Assembly: GCA_021414205.1 (NCBI GenBank)
Contig: JAIOOW010000003.1
Location: 64,048-128,047 of the forward strand
Direction: 5' to 3'
Length of the DNA: 64,000 nucleotides
Source: Candidatus Anderseniibacteriota bacterium
GTDB taxonomy: Bacteria; Patescibacteriota; Andersenbacteria; UBA10190
Both the position numbers and the translations under genes were made by a program. Positions 53,372 through 63,444 of this stretch are shown here, piece after piece. The notes beneath the pieces were generated by a model. The model was not told the DNA's origin and searched no databases. It saw nothing but the letters and a program-made list of their open reading frames with translations. How positions within the stretch are numbered: the first letter of the stretch is position 1; the number at the start of each line of letters is the position of its first letter.

Positions 53372-55858
53372 ATGGCAAACGAAGAAGAACAAGTAAATAA
53401 TGTTGGAAAGCTCGTCGGGCAAGAATTGTCGTCTGAAATCCAGAAGAGTTACCTAGATTACGCAATGAGCGTCATCGTTTCTCGCGCCTTGCCTGATGTT
53501 CGCGACGGCATGAAACCTGTTGCGCGCCGTATTTTGTACTCTATGTGGCGCCAGAATTTGCGTTCATCTGCTAAATTCCGTAAATCCGCAAACGTAGTTG
53601 GAGACGTAATGGCAAAGTACCATCCTCATGGAGACTCTTCTATTTACGACGCATTGGCGCGCTTGGTTCAGGACTTCTCATTGAGATACCCGCTTATTGA
53701 CGGACAAGGAAACTGGGGAAATATCGATGGAGACTCCCCTGCGGCAATGCGATATACCGAAGCTCGATTAATGAAAATCTCTGATGAGATGCTTTCTGAT
53801 ATTGCGAAAGAAACAGTTGATTTTATAGATAACTATGACGGATCAAAGAAGGAACCTACGGTGTTGCCAAGCTTATTCCCGCAATTTTTAGTTAACGGAA
53901 CGGTAGGTATTGCCGTTGGTATGGCAACGAACGTGCCGCCACATAATATCAAAGAAGTGTGCCAGGCAGCCATTCACTTGATTGATACGCCAGATGCAAC
54001 AATCAGCGATTTGATGAAATACGTTCAAGGGCCAGACTTTCCTACCGGTGCTGCTATTTATAATAAGCAAGATATTCTCCAGGCGTACGCAACTGGTCGC
54101 GGAGGAATTGTTACACGCGCCATCGCAGATATCGAAGAAGGTAAGAATGGGTCGTTCAAAATTATTGTTCACGAAATTCCATACCTCGTAAACAAGTCTC
54201 AGCTCATTACCAAGATAGCTGACAACGTAAAGGCAGATAGGATTCAAGGTATTCGCGACTTGCGAGATGAATCTGATAAAGACGGTATTCGTATTGTTGT
54301 GGAACTTAAGCGTGACGCATATCCGAAGAAGGTGTTGAATCAATTGTTTGCAACAACTGATTTGCAGAAGACATTCCACGTAAACATGCTTGCGCTCGTT
54401 GATGGCGGAAAGCAGCCAAAGGTTCTTACCCTCAAGGACGCTATTCTCGAGCACATTAGTCATCGTAAAGTTGTTATTACTCGAAGAACGCAATTTGATT
54501 TAGATCGCGCAAAAGAACGAGAACATATATTAGAGGGCTTAAAGAAGGCGCTCGATCATATTGATGAGGTTATTTCTATTATTCGCAAGAGTAAGACGCG
54601 TGAAACAGCGCACGTGAATCTTATTAAAGCATTTAAGTTTTCCGATGCTCAAGCTACTGCAATCCTTGAAATGCGCTTATCTGCTCTGGCTGGCCTTGAA
54701 CGGCAGAAGGTAGAAGACGAATTGCGAGAAAAGAGGGCGTTGATTAAAGAATTGGAAGGAATTTTGAAAGATCCTAAAAAGGTTGCTGCTCTCGTGAAGG
54801 CTGACTACGAAGGCGTTATTAAGCAGTACGGAGACGATCGAAGGACTCGAGTTATTCCAGGGGCTGTGGGTGACTTCTCTCAAGAGGATTTGGTTCCCGA
54901 CGACCCTACTGTTGTTACCATCACTCGTGGTGGATATATTAAGCGTTTGGCGACGAGCACCTATCAAGTGCAGCGACGTGGCGGGAAGGGCGTGAAGGGG
55001 ATGACGACTAAAGAGGAGGATGTTGTAGATATCTTCTTGGCAACAACTACTCATAAACAGCTTCTATTCTTTACCAACCAGGGTCGAGTATTTTCTACGA
55101 ATGCATACGAAATTCCGGAAACAGCGCGAGCTGCTAAAGGGCAAGCGCTTCAGAATTTCTTGGAATTATCTCCAAATGAAAAAGTAACTGCAGTGCAAGA
55201 GGTTCCTGATGCAGAAGAGCCAGGCGAATACTTGGTGATGGTTACGCGCGCGGGGGTAATTAAAAAGACTTCTCGAGAAGATTTCTTGAATATTAGGCGT
55301 ACGGGGCTCAAGGCGATTACGTTGAATAATGATGATGCCCTCGAGTGGGTTGGGGTATCATCGGGTGCTGATAATATCATGATTGTTACTACGGACGGTC
55401 AGGCGATTTTATTCCCAGAAAAAGATATTCGAGCAATGGGCCGCACCGCTGCCGGCGTTCGCGGAATCAAATTAAAGAAAGGTGACGAAGTGGTTGCGAT
55501 GCACGTCATTCATTCTGCAAATGATGCAAAGGAAATTCTTGTAATGACTCGTGAAGGGTTCGGAAAGCGTACTCCCGTATCGCAATATCGAATTCAGAAA
55601 CGCGGAGGAATGGGTATTAAGACTGCCCAAGTTACTGCAAAGACGGGAAAAATTATTAAGGCAGTAGTAGTAGATTCCGATAGCGTTGATACGACTGATA
55701 TATTAGTAATATCTGAACGTGGACAGGTGATTCGAGTGTCTGTGGCATCGGTAAGTCAGCAGGGGCGTTCAACACAAGGCGTTCGATTAATGCGACCATC
55801 CGATAAGAGTGGAAAAATTGCAACATTTACTATTTGGCGAGAAGTACAAGAGGCATAG
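53372..55858 (+). CDS. gyrA: DNA gyrase subunit A
   Basis: [21 protein letters not shown], active-site Tyr region [11 protein letters not shown]-terminal beta-pinwheel repeats. 828 aa. Confidence 0.95.
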   Translation: MANEEEQVNNVGKLVGQELSSEIQKSYLDYAMSVIVSRALPDVRDGMKPVARRILYSMWRQNLRSSAKFRKSANVVGDVMAKYHPHGDSSIYDALARLVQDFSLRYPLIDGQGNWGNIDGDSPAAMRYTEARLMKISDEMLSDIAKETVDFIDNYDGSKKEPTVLPSLFPQFLVNGTVGIAVGMATNVPPHNIKEVCQAAIHLIDTPDATISDLMKYVQGPDFPTGAAIYNKQDILQAYATGRGGIVTRAIADIEEGKNGSFKIIVHEIPYLVNKSQLITKIADNVKADRIQGIRDLRDESDKDGIRIVVELKRDAYPKKVLNQLFATTDLQKTFHVNMLALVDGGKQPKVLTLKDAILEHISHRKVVITRRTQFDLDRAKEREHILEGLKKALDHIDEVISIIRKSKTRETAHVNLIKAFKFSDAQATAILEMRLSALAGLERQKVEDELREKRALIKELEGILKDPKKVAALVKADYEGVIKQYGDDRRTRVIPGAVGDFSQEDLVPDDPTVVTITRGGYIKRLATSTYQVQRRGGKGVKGMTTKEEDVVDIFLATTTHKQLLFFTNQGRVFSTNAYEIPETARAAKGQALQNFLELSPNEKVTAVQEVPDAEEPGEYLVMVTRAGVIKKTSREDFLNIRRTGLKAITLNNDDALEWVGVSSGADNIMIVTTDGQAILFPEKDIRAMGRTAAGVRGIKLKKGDEVVAMHVIHSANDAKEILVMTREGFGKRTPVSQYRIQKRGGMGIKTAQVTAKTGKIIKAVVVDSDSVDTTDILVISERGQVIRVSVASVSQQGRSTQGVRLMRPSDKSGKIATFTIWREVQEA

Positions 55859-55881
55859 TTGTGATATACTAGAGGGGATAT

Positions 55882-56424
55882 ATGGCTCAACGAAATCCCT
55901 TCATTCGTCCTGATACGTTTTGGCACGCCTTAATGCTTCGTGCGAATCAATCTGTTGTGCATTTAGGCTGCGGTGCGGGGTTTTATATTATTCCCGCTGC
56001 ACGAATTGTGGGGAAAAAGGGCAGGGCGATCGGAGTAGATATATTGCCAGACATGCTTGCGGAAGTTGAAAACAAAGCTCAGCAATTCGGGCTAGGCGAT
56101 ATCGTCAAAACATTTCGATCAAATATCGAGAATACTCCAGGAAGTCCGATCGATGAGCATTCTATGGACTGGGTATTAATTGCTAATATCCTGCATCAGT
56201 CTGATCCGCAAAAAGTATTCCAAGAAGCTCGCCGCATCGTGGGTGCTAATGGGCACGTCGCAGTTGTTGGGTGGGCAACGTCCGCAACTCCCTTAGGGCC
56301 CCCGAGCGAAAAGCGCATTTCCGAGGACGATGTTAAGCGAGTCGCTGAAGAAAACGGCCTTACGTTAGTAAAAGAGTTTGCGCCTAGCCCCTATCATTAT
56401 GGGCTGGTTTTAGCGCCTGCGTAA
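55882..56424 (+). CDS. class I SAM-dependent methyltransferase
   Basis: VVHLGCGAGFY motif I, 180 aa. Confidence 0.75.
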   Translation: MAQRNPFIRPDTFWHALMLRANQSVVHLGCGAGFYIIPAARIVGKKGRAIGVDILPDMLAEVENKAQQFGLGDIVKTFRSNIENTPGSPIDEHSMDWVLIANILHQSDPQKVFQEARRIVGANGHVAVVGWATSATPLGPPSEKRISEDDVKRVAEENGLTLVKEFAPSPYHYGLVLAPA

Positions 56425-56431
56425 TACGGAT

Positions 56432-57718
56432 ATGACGTCACGGATACCACTATTTTTACTTGTTGTTATAAGCGCGCTTGCTCTCGCTGGCTTTGGTTGC
56501 CGCGCACCTGCGCCTGTAAAAACCACCACTACTACCAGCCTTGTTGTGTGGGGGTTGTGGGAAGATAGCTCTACGATGGACCCTATTTTGCGAGCATTCA
56601 AAGACCAAACCGGAATCGCTGTAGAGTATAAAAAAATTGCAGATATTGGCACGTATGAAAAAACTTTACTAGAGGCTTTAGCTTCAGGGAGGGGTCCTGA
56701 TGTGTTTGTGATTAACAATGCATGGGTAGATGTTCACAAAGATATTTTGAGCCCTGCTCCGCTGGCTGTTATTAACCCGGCGCAGTTGCAGAGCGAGTTT
56801 GTCGATGTAGTTACAAAAGATGTTGTGCGAGGCGGATATATTTATGCTCTTCCTACATCAGTTGATACATTGGCGTTATTTGTGAATACGAATATTTTTA
56901 ATGCAAACGGCATTGCTCAAATGCCGACGACGTGGACAGAATTTCAGAACGACGTATCCAAGATCACGAAAGTTTCTCGATTGGGCGTTATTGATCAGAG
57001 CGGGGCCGCCATCGGTACGGGCAGTAACGTCAATCGTGCCCCGGACATTCTACAGCTCTTAATGATGCAGAGCGGCTTGCCGATTTTAGATACTTCGCAC
57101 GGAGATAAGAGGATCGATATTGCGAATGCGCAAGGAGAGCGATCGCTTACGTTCTATACCGACTTCGCAAACAAATCTAAGCAAGTATACACATGGGATT
57201 CCACGCAAGATTATTCCATAGATGCGTTTTCGGAAGGGAAGACGGCAATGATGCTCAATTATTCCTATCAAATCCCAACAGTGCGTGCGAAAAATCCTCG
57301 ATTGCAGTTTGCAATTGCGCCTGTGCCCCAAGTCGGAACAGATCCTAATATCGTACAAGCTACTTTTGCAAGCTATTGGCCGTTTGCAGTATCTGCAAAC
57401 TCCAAAGCTCCTGGCGCAGCATGGCAATTTGTGCGATTCCTCACATCGCAACAAAACGCTGACACTGTGAATAAGTCGGAAGCTATTCCGCCTGCACGCA
57501 GGGATTCTATCGCGCAATATAGTACTGATCCTATTATGGGAGTATTTGCACAACAATCGCTCAAAGCAGTTTCTTGGCCGCGCTTTGATATATCAGCCAC
57601 GGATGCTATATTTACAAGTATGATTGATAGCGTTGCAACTGGTGGGGCTTCAGTATCCGATGTATTAAAGACGGCGCAAGATCAACTTCAGCGAATAATT
57701 GCAGGCAATGGAAACTAG
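56432..57718 (+). CDS. ABC transporter substrate-binding lipoprotein (family 1 extracellular solute-binding protein)
   Basis: Lipobox LALAGFGC and a sugar-type SBP fold. No ABC permease or ATPase genes adjacent. Confidence 0.75.
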   Translation: MTSRIPLFLLVVISALALAGFGCRAPAPVKTTTTTSLVVWGLWEDSSTMDPILRAFKDQTGIAVEYKKIADIGTYEKTLLEALASGRGPDVFVINNAWVDVHKDILSPAPLAVINPAQLQSEFVDVVTKDVVRGGYIYALPTSVDTLALFVNTNIFNANGIAQMPTTWTEFQNDVSKITKVSRLGVIDQSGAAIGTGSNVNRAPDILQLLMMQSGLPILDTSHGDKRIDIANAQGERSLTFYTDFANKSKQVYTWDSTQDYSIDAFSEGKTAMMLNYSYQIPTVRAKNPRLQFAIAPVPQVGTDPNIVQATFASYWPFAVSANSKAPGAAWQFVRFLTSQQNADTVNKSEAIPPARRDSIAQYSTDPIMGVFAQQSLKAVSWPRFDISATDAIFTSMIDSVATGGASVSDVLKTAQDQLQRIIAGNGN

Positions 57719-58136
57719 GTTTAAAAAAATTATTTCAAGTATTTTAATACTAGGGTTATTTTTCGCGATTGCCCCTCATATTACTTTTGCGCAAGGTGTC
57801 GGACAGAGCTCGAGCGGAATCACAAATCCTCTTGGCGGTGGTGCTGACCAGACAATAACTTCTGTGCTTACTGGCATTATTAAATGGATGCTTGGCTTGG
57901 TCGGGTTTCTTGCACTCATTGCGCTTATTATTGCCGGTGGCAGAATGATTATTGATTTCGGCAACGAAGAACAGGTTCGAAAGGCGAAAATGACCATTAC
58001 GTGGGCAGTAATAGGGTTGCTCGTTGTAATCCTTTCATACGCAATTGTTAATATTGTGAGCACACAGATATTAGGAGCTGGAGGAAGTTCGTCGGGGTCG
58101 GGAGGAAGTAGCGTTAATCCTCCTCCGGGAACGTGA
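57708..58136 (+). CDS. TrbC/VirB2-like (type IV secretion system pilin-like) small membrane protein, paralog 1
   Basis: Signal peptide, AQG, then a C-terminal two-helix hairpin LIALIIAGGRMIIDFGNEEQVRKAKMTITWAVIGLLVVILSYAIVNIV, then a G/S-rich tail. Confidence 0.55.
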   Translation: METRFKKIISSILILGLFFAIAPHITFAQGVGQSSSGITNPLGGGADQTITSVLTGIIKWMLGLVGFLALIALIIAGGRMIIDFGNEEQVRKAKMTITWAVIGLLVVILSYAIVNIVSTQILGAGGSSSGSGGSSVNPPPGT

Positions 58137-58137
58137 T

Positions 58138-58527
58138 ATGAAATATCTATTACCAGTAATTGTATTGGCCGTTTTTGTGTTTGGAGTGTCGTGCGCCCCA
58201 GTAAGAGCACAGAGTGGCGGTGATCCGCAAGGCTTCAATGCCGGGCTTGATAGCGTTAAGCAAATTGCAGGACAGAACGGTCTCAATAATAAACAGCAAA
58301 CTACAAAGGAGATTTTGCAAACAATCGTCGCGTGGCTTACGTCTTTACTGGCAACAGTTGCTCTTATTTCGCTTGTATATGGCGGATACCTATACATATC
58401 TTCTCAAGGAGACGAGGGGAATGTATCTAAGGGAAAGGCGATTCTTTTGTATTCGATTATCGGCCTCATTATTGTTGGATTGGCAGGCGTTATCGTCAAC
58501 GTTGTCATTAGTGTTGCAACTCAATAA
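58138..58527 (+). CDS. TrbC/VirB2-like pilin-like small membrane protein, paralog 2
   Basis: Signal peptide plus LISLVYGGYLYISSQGDEGNVSKGKAILLYSIIGLIIVGLAGVIVNVV. Start is 2 nt after the stop of paralog 1. Confidence 0.55.
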   Translation: MKYLLPVIVLAVFVFGVSCAPVRAQSGGDPQGFNAGLDSVKQIAGQNGLNNKQQTTKEILQTIVAWLTSLLATVALISLVYGGYLYISSQGDEGNVSKGKAILLYSIIGLIIVGLAGVIVNVVISVATQ

Positions 58528-58529
58528 CT

Positions 58530-58928
58530 ATGTCTAAATTTACAAAAGCAGCTACATTCGTTATCGCAGTTACATCTCTGTCGCTGTTTGTATTTCCAGT
58601 TGCTGCGCAGATTACAAAAATTTCTGGTTCCGACTGTTCTCAGCTTGGTATTCAATGTACAGGAAGCGAAACTTCCACGACGCTTGTTCAGCGCATCACC
58701 ACAATTGTTAATGCGCTATTAGTTCTTGTAGGGATTATTGCTTCAATTTATCTGGTGCTTGGCGGAATTCGCTATGTAATGTCGCAAGGGGATGAGCATG
58801 AGGCAGAACAAGCAAAGCTCACGATGCTGTACGCAGTTATTGGAATTATTCTAATTGGATTATCTGCCGCGATTGTTAATTTTCTTATCTATATTGCTGG
58901 CGGTCAAGGTGGAGCAACGGGCCCATAA
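58530..58928 (+). CDS. TrbC/VirB2-like pilin-like small membrane protein, paralog 3
   Basis: Signal peptide plus IYLVLGGIRYVMSQGDEHEAEQAKLTMLYAVIGIILIGLSAAIVNFL. Confidence 0.55.
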   Translation: MSKFTKAATFVIAVTSLSLFVFPVAAQITKISGSDCSQLGIQCTGSETSTTLVQRITTIVNALLVLVGIIASIYLVLGGIRYVMSQGDEHEAEQAKLTMLYAVIGIILIGLSAAIVNFLIYIAGGQGGATGP

Positions 58929-58999
58929 AATAGTTTGTTGATTATTTTTGTGGTATATTTTGGATATAAAATATTGAACATGAAGGAGGTGAGTCGTAT

Positions 59000-59350
59000 A
59001 TGAACATCAAATCAATCGTTCGCGTTACAACAGGCGCAGTTGCGCTTGCAGTTTCACCTCTTATTGCGTTCGCACAGGGGTTGCAACCAGCAATTCCATT
59101 CGCGAATACGGCTCGAGGAGGTCTCATCCCCGCGATCCTAACAATCGTTAACGGATTACTCGTTATTTCCGGTATCGTAGCTTCTATCTACTTAGTGTTA
59201 GGTGGGGTTCGATACATCATGTCCCAAGGAGAAGAAGGGGAAACAGAGAAAGCGAAGAATACGATTCTGTATGCAATCATCGGTCTTATCGTTATTGCTC
59301 TATCAGCAGCTATCGTAAACTTTATTATCGGCACTGTCGCAGTAGCGTAA
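59000..59350 (+). CDS. TrbC/VirB2-like pilin-like small membrane protein, paralog 4
   Basis: Own RBS AAGGAGGTG. Signal peptide plus IYLVLGGVRYIMSQGEEGETEKAKNTILYAIIGLIVIALSAAIVNFI. Confidence 0.55.
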   Translation: MNIKSIVRVTTGAVALAVSPLIAFAQGLQPAIPFANTARGGLIPAILTIVNGLLVISGIVASIYLVLGGVRYIMSQGEEGETEKAKNTILYAIIGLIVIALSAAIVNFIIGTVAVA

Positions 59351-59364
59351 GCAATGTTAATCGC

Positions 59365-59398
59365 AAAAACACCCCACCATATTGGCGGGGTGTTTTTT
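59365..59398 (+). terminator. rho-independent terminator after pilin-like paralog 4
   Basis: ACACCCCaccatattggcGGGGTGT followed by TTTTTT. Confidence 0.7.
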
Positions 59399-59418
59399 AT
59401 TAGTGATATACTGCATAT

Positions 59419-59637
59419 ATGATTAGCAATTCAGGATTCATCGTTGCAAGTAATATCGTATACGTTTTGATTGTTGTATTTTTTATATACCGAATGCTTC
59501 GCGCAGCGTCTGTGTATAATTGGAATCCCGGTAGAACAGCTGTGCAGCAAAAGCAAAAGATGAAAATTTTAATAGGTCTTATCGTTATCGCCGTAGTCGG
59601 AATAATTGCCGCAATTACAAACATTCTGTTTGGGTAA
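59419..59637 (+). CDS. hypothetical small 2-TM protein (72 aa), possible degenerate fifth member of the pilin-like array
   Basis: Two hydrophobic helices and KILIGLIVIAVVGIIAAITNIL resembling the paralog C-termini. Confidence 0.35.
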   Translation: MISNSGFIVASNIVYVLIVVFFIYRMLRAASVYNWNPGRTAVQQKQKMKILIGLIVIAVVGIIAAITNILFG

Positions 59638-59672
59638 AAAAATAAGCCCACAAGTTTTTTATACTTGTGGGC
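59634..59672 (-). terminator. rho-independent terminator of the 382-aa membrane-protein gene
   Basis: GCCCACAAG-loop-CTTGTGGGC with an A-run on the plus strand (T-run on the minus strand). Confidence 0.65.
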
Positions 59673-59699
59673 TCGTTCGAGTTGAAAGAGCGACTATAT

Positions 59700-60848
59700 T
59701 CATCTTGCTGTGTAGTCAATGTCATAGATCACTTCGATCATGACTTCCCCCTCAGGAACGTTGGGGGGCTGGATCCGCAAGAATAGATCCTCCTCGTAGC
59801 TTGGAACAGAGTATGTTCCGTACAGGTTTGCTGGTCTCGATACAACGGTCTCTTCCTGAAGAACGTCTCGAAACTTGTTGTTTTCCACCACCCCGATCAT
59901 TACCTGTCCAGGCTTTTGTTGGACGAGGTCATCTGATAGAGTGATGCCGTTCATGTCGGCGTAGCGGATGTAGACCTGCCACAGAGGCGAGTCTGCTCCA
60001 TTGCCGACTTGTACGGTTCCCCAATCGTACCCGTAACACTCCTGAGGATTTTGCGGGTTGCGCGTCAATACCCGTTTCGCCGTGGCGATTCGGATATGGT
60101 TTGGCAGCGGGAACACTTCTGCTATCACGCGGTTTGATACGCCTCGATAGCCTAAAGTTTTCACGCCCCAAATTCGAATTGCGTCTCCTCCTGTTACCGA
60201 GCCCGTGTTGTATAGCGGGATCGTTTCCTCGTGAGCTAAGTGGTGAGGAGTAGGCTCGCTTGCCTGTGAGAACAACCTCACCTCTCCTCCGCTCCAATAC
60301 CCCGGACATGTGTACTTAATTCGGGATCCTCCCAAAAAAGCAAGGTTAATGCCCAGATACCGAGGCCGTCCATCTAAGGGAACCTCAACATCTACTTTCG
60401 CAGGGATGATTTTCCATCCATGTTTTCGCGGACCTTCCACGAAAAACTTGTACCGGTCTCCGTTCTCGTTTCGTCGAGCAACAGCTGGTGCCAACTGTTT
60501 TTTCGGTGCGGAGGCAGGTGCGTGAGCATTCTGCCAAAGTTTTGTGTTGGCATAAGTAACTTGCACAACTCCTAGGTATATCCATGGAAAAACCAAGGAT
60601 AAGACCCACAAGCATAGCGCCCACCAAGCAACTGTGTATATCGGAGCCTTTTTTAAAGGCTCGACAAGTGTCTTGTTGAGCAATTCTTTCCACCAGCTTG
60701 TTGCAGGAGCAGCAGTAGGCGTACCTGCAGGTGGTGTAGCGGGTGCAGGCTTTCTGTGTCCTGCTTTGCCTGATTGAGCTCGCGTCCAGATCGCAAAGCT
60801 TACGAACAAGATTGCTAGCACGGTTAACGTAATTGCAATTGGCGCCAT
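59700..60848 (-). CDS. hypothetical membrane protein (N-terminal TM, Pro/Ala-rich linker, second TM, beta-rich C-terminal domain), partner of the SPFH gene
   Basis: 382-aa ORF, 26 nt downstream of the SPFH gene on the same strand. Local GC is above the window average. Confidence 0.5.
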   Translation of the reverse strand: MAPIAITLTVLAILFVSFAIWTRAQSGKAGHRKPAPATPPAGTPTAAPATSWWKELLNKTLVEPLKKAPIYTVAWWALCLWVLSLVFPWIYLGVVQVTYANTKLWQNAHAPASAPKKQLAPAVARRNENGDRYKFFVEGPRKHGWKIIPAKVDVEVPLDGRPRYLGINLAFLGGSRIKYTCPGYWSGGEVRLFSQASEPTPHHLAHEETIPLYNTGSVTGGDAIRIWGVKTLGYRGVSNRVIAEVFPLPNHIRIATAKRVLTRNPQNPQECYGYDWGTVQVGNGADSPLWQVYIRYADMNGITLSDDLVQQKPGQVMIGVVENNKFRDVLQEETVVSRPANLYGTYSVPSYEEDLFLRIQPPNVPEGEVMIEVIYDIDYTAR

Positions 60849-60874
60849 CTAGACCGTCTCCTTTGGTTCGGTTG

Positions 60875-62077
60875 TTATTTTGAACCTTTTAATAATTTCG
60901 ATGCAAGGGAGCCTACAACATCTCCTCCTGCCGTTAGAATTGTTCCTTGAGGCAATTTTTGAAGTGTCTCGGCAGCGATCGCATATCGGCCTGCTGGTGT
61001 TCCTGCCTGAGCAGCTAGCTCTTTAGCAAAGGCAGCTTGCCCTTGCCCGATAAGCTCTAATGCCTCCCTCTCTCCCTCTGCATCGGCAATTCTTGCTTTT
61101 GCAAGCAATTTTGCCTTTGCTTCAGCAGACATCGCCTTTGCAACTTCGGGGTCAGCAGGAAATACGAGCTTCACGTTGAAGTCAAAGAGGGTAAGGGCGG
61201 GGCCGATGTCGGCCCGCACAAAATCCTCGATGTGTCTCCTGTCAGTAGTCTTTTTTGACTCTTCTTCAAGCTTCTCCCAGAGAGTTTTTTTGTCACGAAC
61301 ACCATTTACAAAGGTAAATTGGAGTAATCCGGCTTCTTCGAAGATGGTCCCTACGAGATTAAGCATTAAGCGCACTTCAATAATAGGGTCATTGTCGAGC
61401 GCTTGTTTCTGGGTAACTGTTGGAAGTGTTCGGTTTGCAGCTTCGCTCACTGCCGGTTCCAACTCCTCAGAGAAGATGTGTGCAATACAAGGAACGTCAT
61501 ACGGCTTGTATTCTGGCGCGCCCGTTGTGGTATTGAAGCGTTCCAAATATTGAACCTCGTGCGGAACTGCCAGGTCTTTGCGATACCCCCCCGGCCCTCG
61601 ATGAAGCGGAATCTTTGTGAAAAGCATTTGCATGCCTTTCGGATTGTCGCTCATTGCAGACGTGATTTCCAGATAAATGGAATTTGGTGCCGAGGGGTAA
61701 TTCTCGTCAGCAAGCGTATTTGCTTGGGTCGTCGTGAATGGTGATGTGAATTGCGTGGTGGGTAAGTAGACAGCTTGATTTAGTGGGTAGGGGAAAACCC
61801 ACGCAATTCCTGAGTCGAATAACCCCGCTCTTCCTTTGCCGAGTCTTGAATAGCATGCATATGCATCCCCCAAATACACGATAACGATAATTCGATCTAT
61901 TCGTGTTGTGTGGAGCGCCAAAATTACAAACTCGCCAATTGCGATCGCAGACATGAAAATATGCCATGCTACGATAGCTGATGGGTCGAAAATGAATAAT
62001 TCCGGTACGAACACCCATGCAAGCACGAATAATGTAATCAAGGCTACGTTCATCACGAAGTGGACTGCTTTCATCAT
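60875..62077 (-). CDS. SPFH/band-7 (flotillin/stomatin-like) domain membrane protein
   Basis: N-terminal TM helices, central SPFH-like region, C-terminal AEAKAKLLAKARIADAEGEREALELIGQGQAAFAKELA coiled-coil typical of band-7 proteins. Confidence 0.6.
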   Translation of the reverse strand: MMKAVHFVMNVALITLFVLAWVFVPELFIFDPSAIVAWHIFMSAIAIGEFVILALHTTRIDRIIVIVYLGDAYACYSRLGKGRAGLFDSGIAWVFPYPLNQAVYLPTTQFTSPFTTTQANTLADENYPSAPNSIYLEITSAMSDNPKGMQMLFTKIPLHRGPGGYRKDLAVPHEVQYLERFNTTTGAPEYKPYDVPCIAHIFSEELEPAVSEAANRTLPTVTQKQALDNDPIIEVRLMLNLVGTIFEEAGLLQFTFVNGVRDKKTLWEKLEEESKKTTDRRHIEDFVRADIGPALTLFDFNVKLVFPADPEVAKAMSAEAKAKLLAKARIADAEGEREALELIGQGQAAFAKELAAQAGTPAGRYAIAAETLQKLPQGTILTAGGDVVGSLASKLLKGSK

Positions 62078-62175
62078 GTATTCCTTTTTTAAGGGGCTTG
62101 TAATCAGCCGAAATAATCATCCAACACTAGTGGTATATATACACTATAAATATGAAATTGTCAAACTTATTATAG

Positions 62176-62257
62176 TGCGGATGAGAGGACTCGAACCTCC
62201 ACGGGTTTCCCCACATGGTCCTAAGCCATGCGCGTATGCCAATTCCGCCACATCCGC
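62176..62257 (-). tRNA. tRNA-Leu (anticodon UAG), class II
   Basis: Reverse complement GCGGATGTGGCGGAATTGGCATACGCGCATGGCTTAGGACCATG + variable arm + GGTTCGAGTCCTCTCATCCGCA. Confidence 0.8.
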
Positions 62258-62297
62258 TGATCGCTCGCTTCTGCGAGGATTCACCTATACTACAAGG

Positions 62298-63320
62298 TTA
62301 GTGCGCGGTTTGGAAGGCTTTTTTTGAGATTATTGAATCAAAAGGCACGTATTTTATCGTTTTTCGCATATATACATGCTCGTATTCGAGCCCAGTCTTT
62401 TCCCAGGTAAAATGATGCGTTGCTCGTAGGGAAGGGCTGTATTTTGGAATGAGCGCATTTTTAACTGATTTCTGCATTAAATCGCTTAGGTGAGCCGTAT
62501 CGTCTATATGATAGTAAAACCCTGCTGTGCCCAGTATTTCTTCGATATACGGGCTTGTGGTGGCTATAACGACGCGATTTGCGTCCATTGCCTGAAGTAA
62601 AAGTGGCGAAAATGATGGGTCATCAATTATGACGAATCCTGCCGTTCTTACGATAGATTGAGCCCCTCGGCTGGTCATCGGGAGGGCGAATGGGGTGACG
62701 AATGGATAGTCTTTGAGTAGCTTTTTAAACTCTTTTGATGGGCTTTCGCAAAAAACAACCAATTTTTTCTTCGATTTTACAGCCTTATAGAGCTTTGCAA
62801 TGCTTGAAATAGTATCAATGGAGTTGCTCAAAATAACGCCAAATTGGTTGTTTCTCAGGCTGTACTGTCGAGGTTGAATATCGTTTAAAATTGGCTTAGT
62901 ATAGCCGTCTGGTATATATAATGACTTAATTCCGTAGATTGCAAGGAGTTGATACTGCAATGTTCTTGTCGGAGCCACTATGCGATCAAATAATTTGGTG
63001 AGAAATTGTAAATAAACTTGAAAAAGTTTTGTTTGAAAATGCGAAGAGAAGGTCGGCAGGGAGGATAGTGTCCAGGTCATAGTTGTCTGATTTGGCACCA
63101 TGAATTGTAAGAAATTGAGCAACATTGCCCCTTGAAACGTATGAACATGAATAGTGTTCGTTTTTGTGAACGGAATACTGAGAATTGCTAAAATATTCTT
63201 TATAAAGCCATTATATTGGTCTGATACTATGTGCCCGTTTTGGGATGTTTGGGCTATAAGCGCGTTCATACGATTTTTTTCTTGCTGCTGCTGTGGGTTG
63301 CCGATGAATAAAATTTTCAT
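62298..63320 (-). CDS. putative glycosyltransferase (GT4-like)
   Basis: MKILFIGNP N-terminus and a Rossmann-like C-terminal half. Weak call. Confidence 0.45.
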   Translation of the reverse strand: MKILFIGNPQQQQEKNRMNALIAQTSQNGHIVSDQYNGFIKNILAILSIPFTKTNTIHVHTFQGAMLLNFLQFMVPNQTTMTWTLSSLPTFSSHFQTKLFQVYLQFLTKLFDRIVAPTRTLQYQLLAIYGIKSLYIPDGYTKPILNDIQPRQYSLRNNQFGVILSNSIDTISSIAKLYKAVKSKKKLVVFCESPSKEFKKLLKDYPFVTPFALPMTSRGAQSIVRTAGFVIIDDPSFSPLLLQAMDANRVVIATTSPYIEEILGTAGFYYHIDDTAHLSDLMQKSVKNALIPKYSPSLRATHHFTWEKTGLEYEHVYMRKTIKYVPFDSIISKKAFQTAH

Positions 63321-63350
63321 AACTAGCGACTATATCATGAGTAAATATAT

Positions 63351-63380
63351 TTGACAAGTACGGTATTTTCTGTTTATAAT
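63351..63380 (+). promoter_or_regulatory. near-consensus sigma70 promoter (TTGACA, 18 nt, TATAAT)
   Basis: ttgaca at 63351-56, tataat at 63375-80, followed by RBS AAAAGGAGG at about 63430 and the GTG-start ORF. Confidence 0.5.
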
Positions 63381-63444
63381 TCGGGGTTCGGAATTGGGAA
63401 TGATGTTTCAACAATCTGTATTACAGACGAAAAGGAGGCCCATG

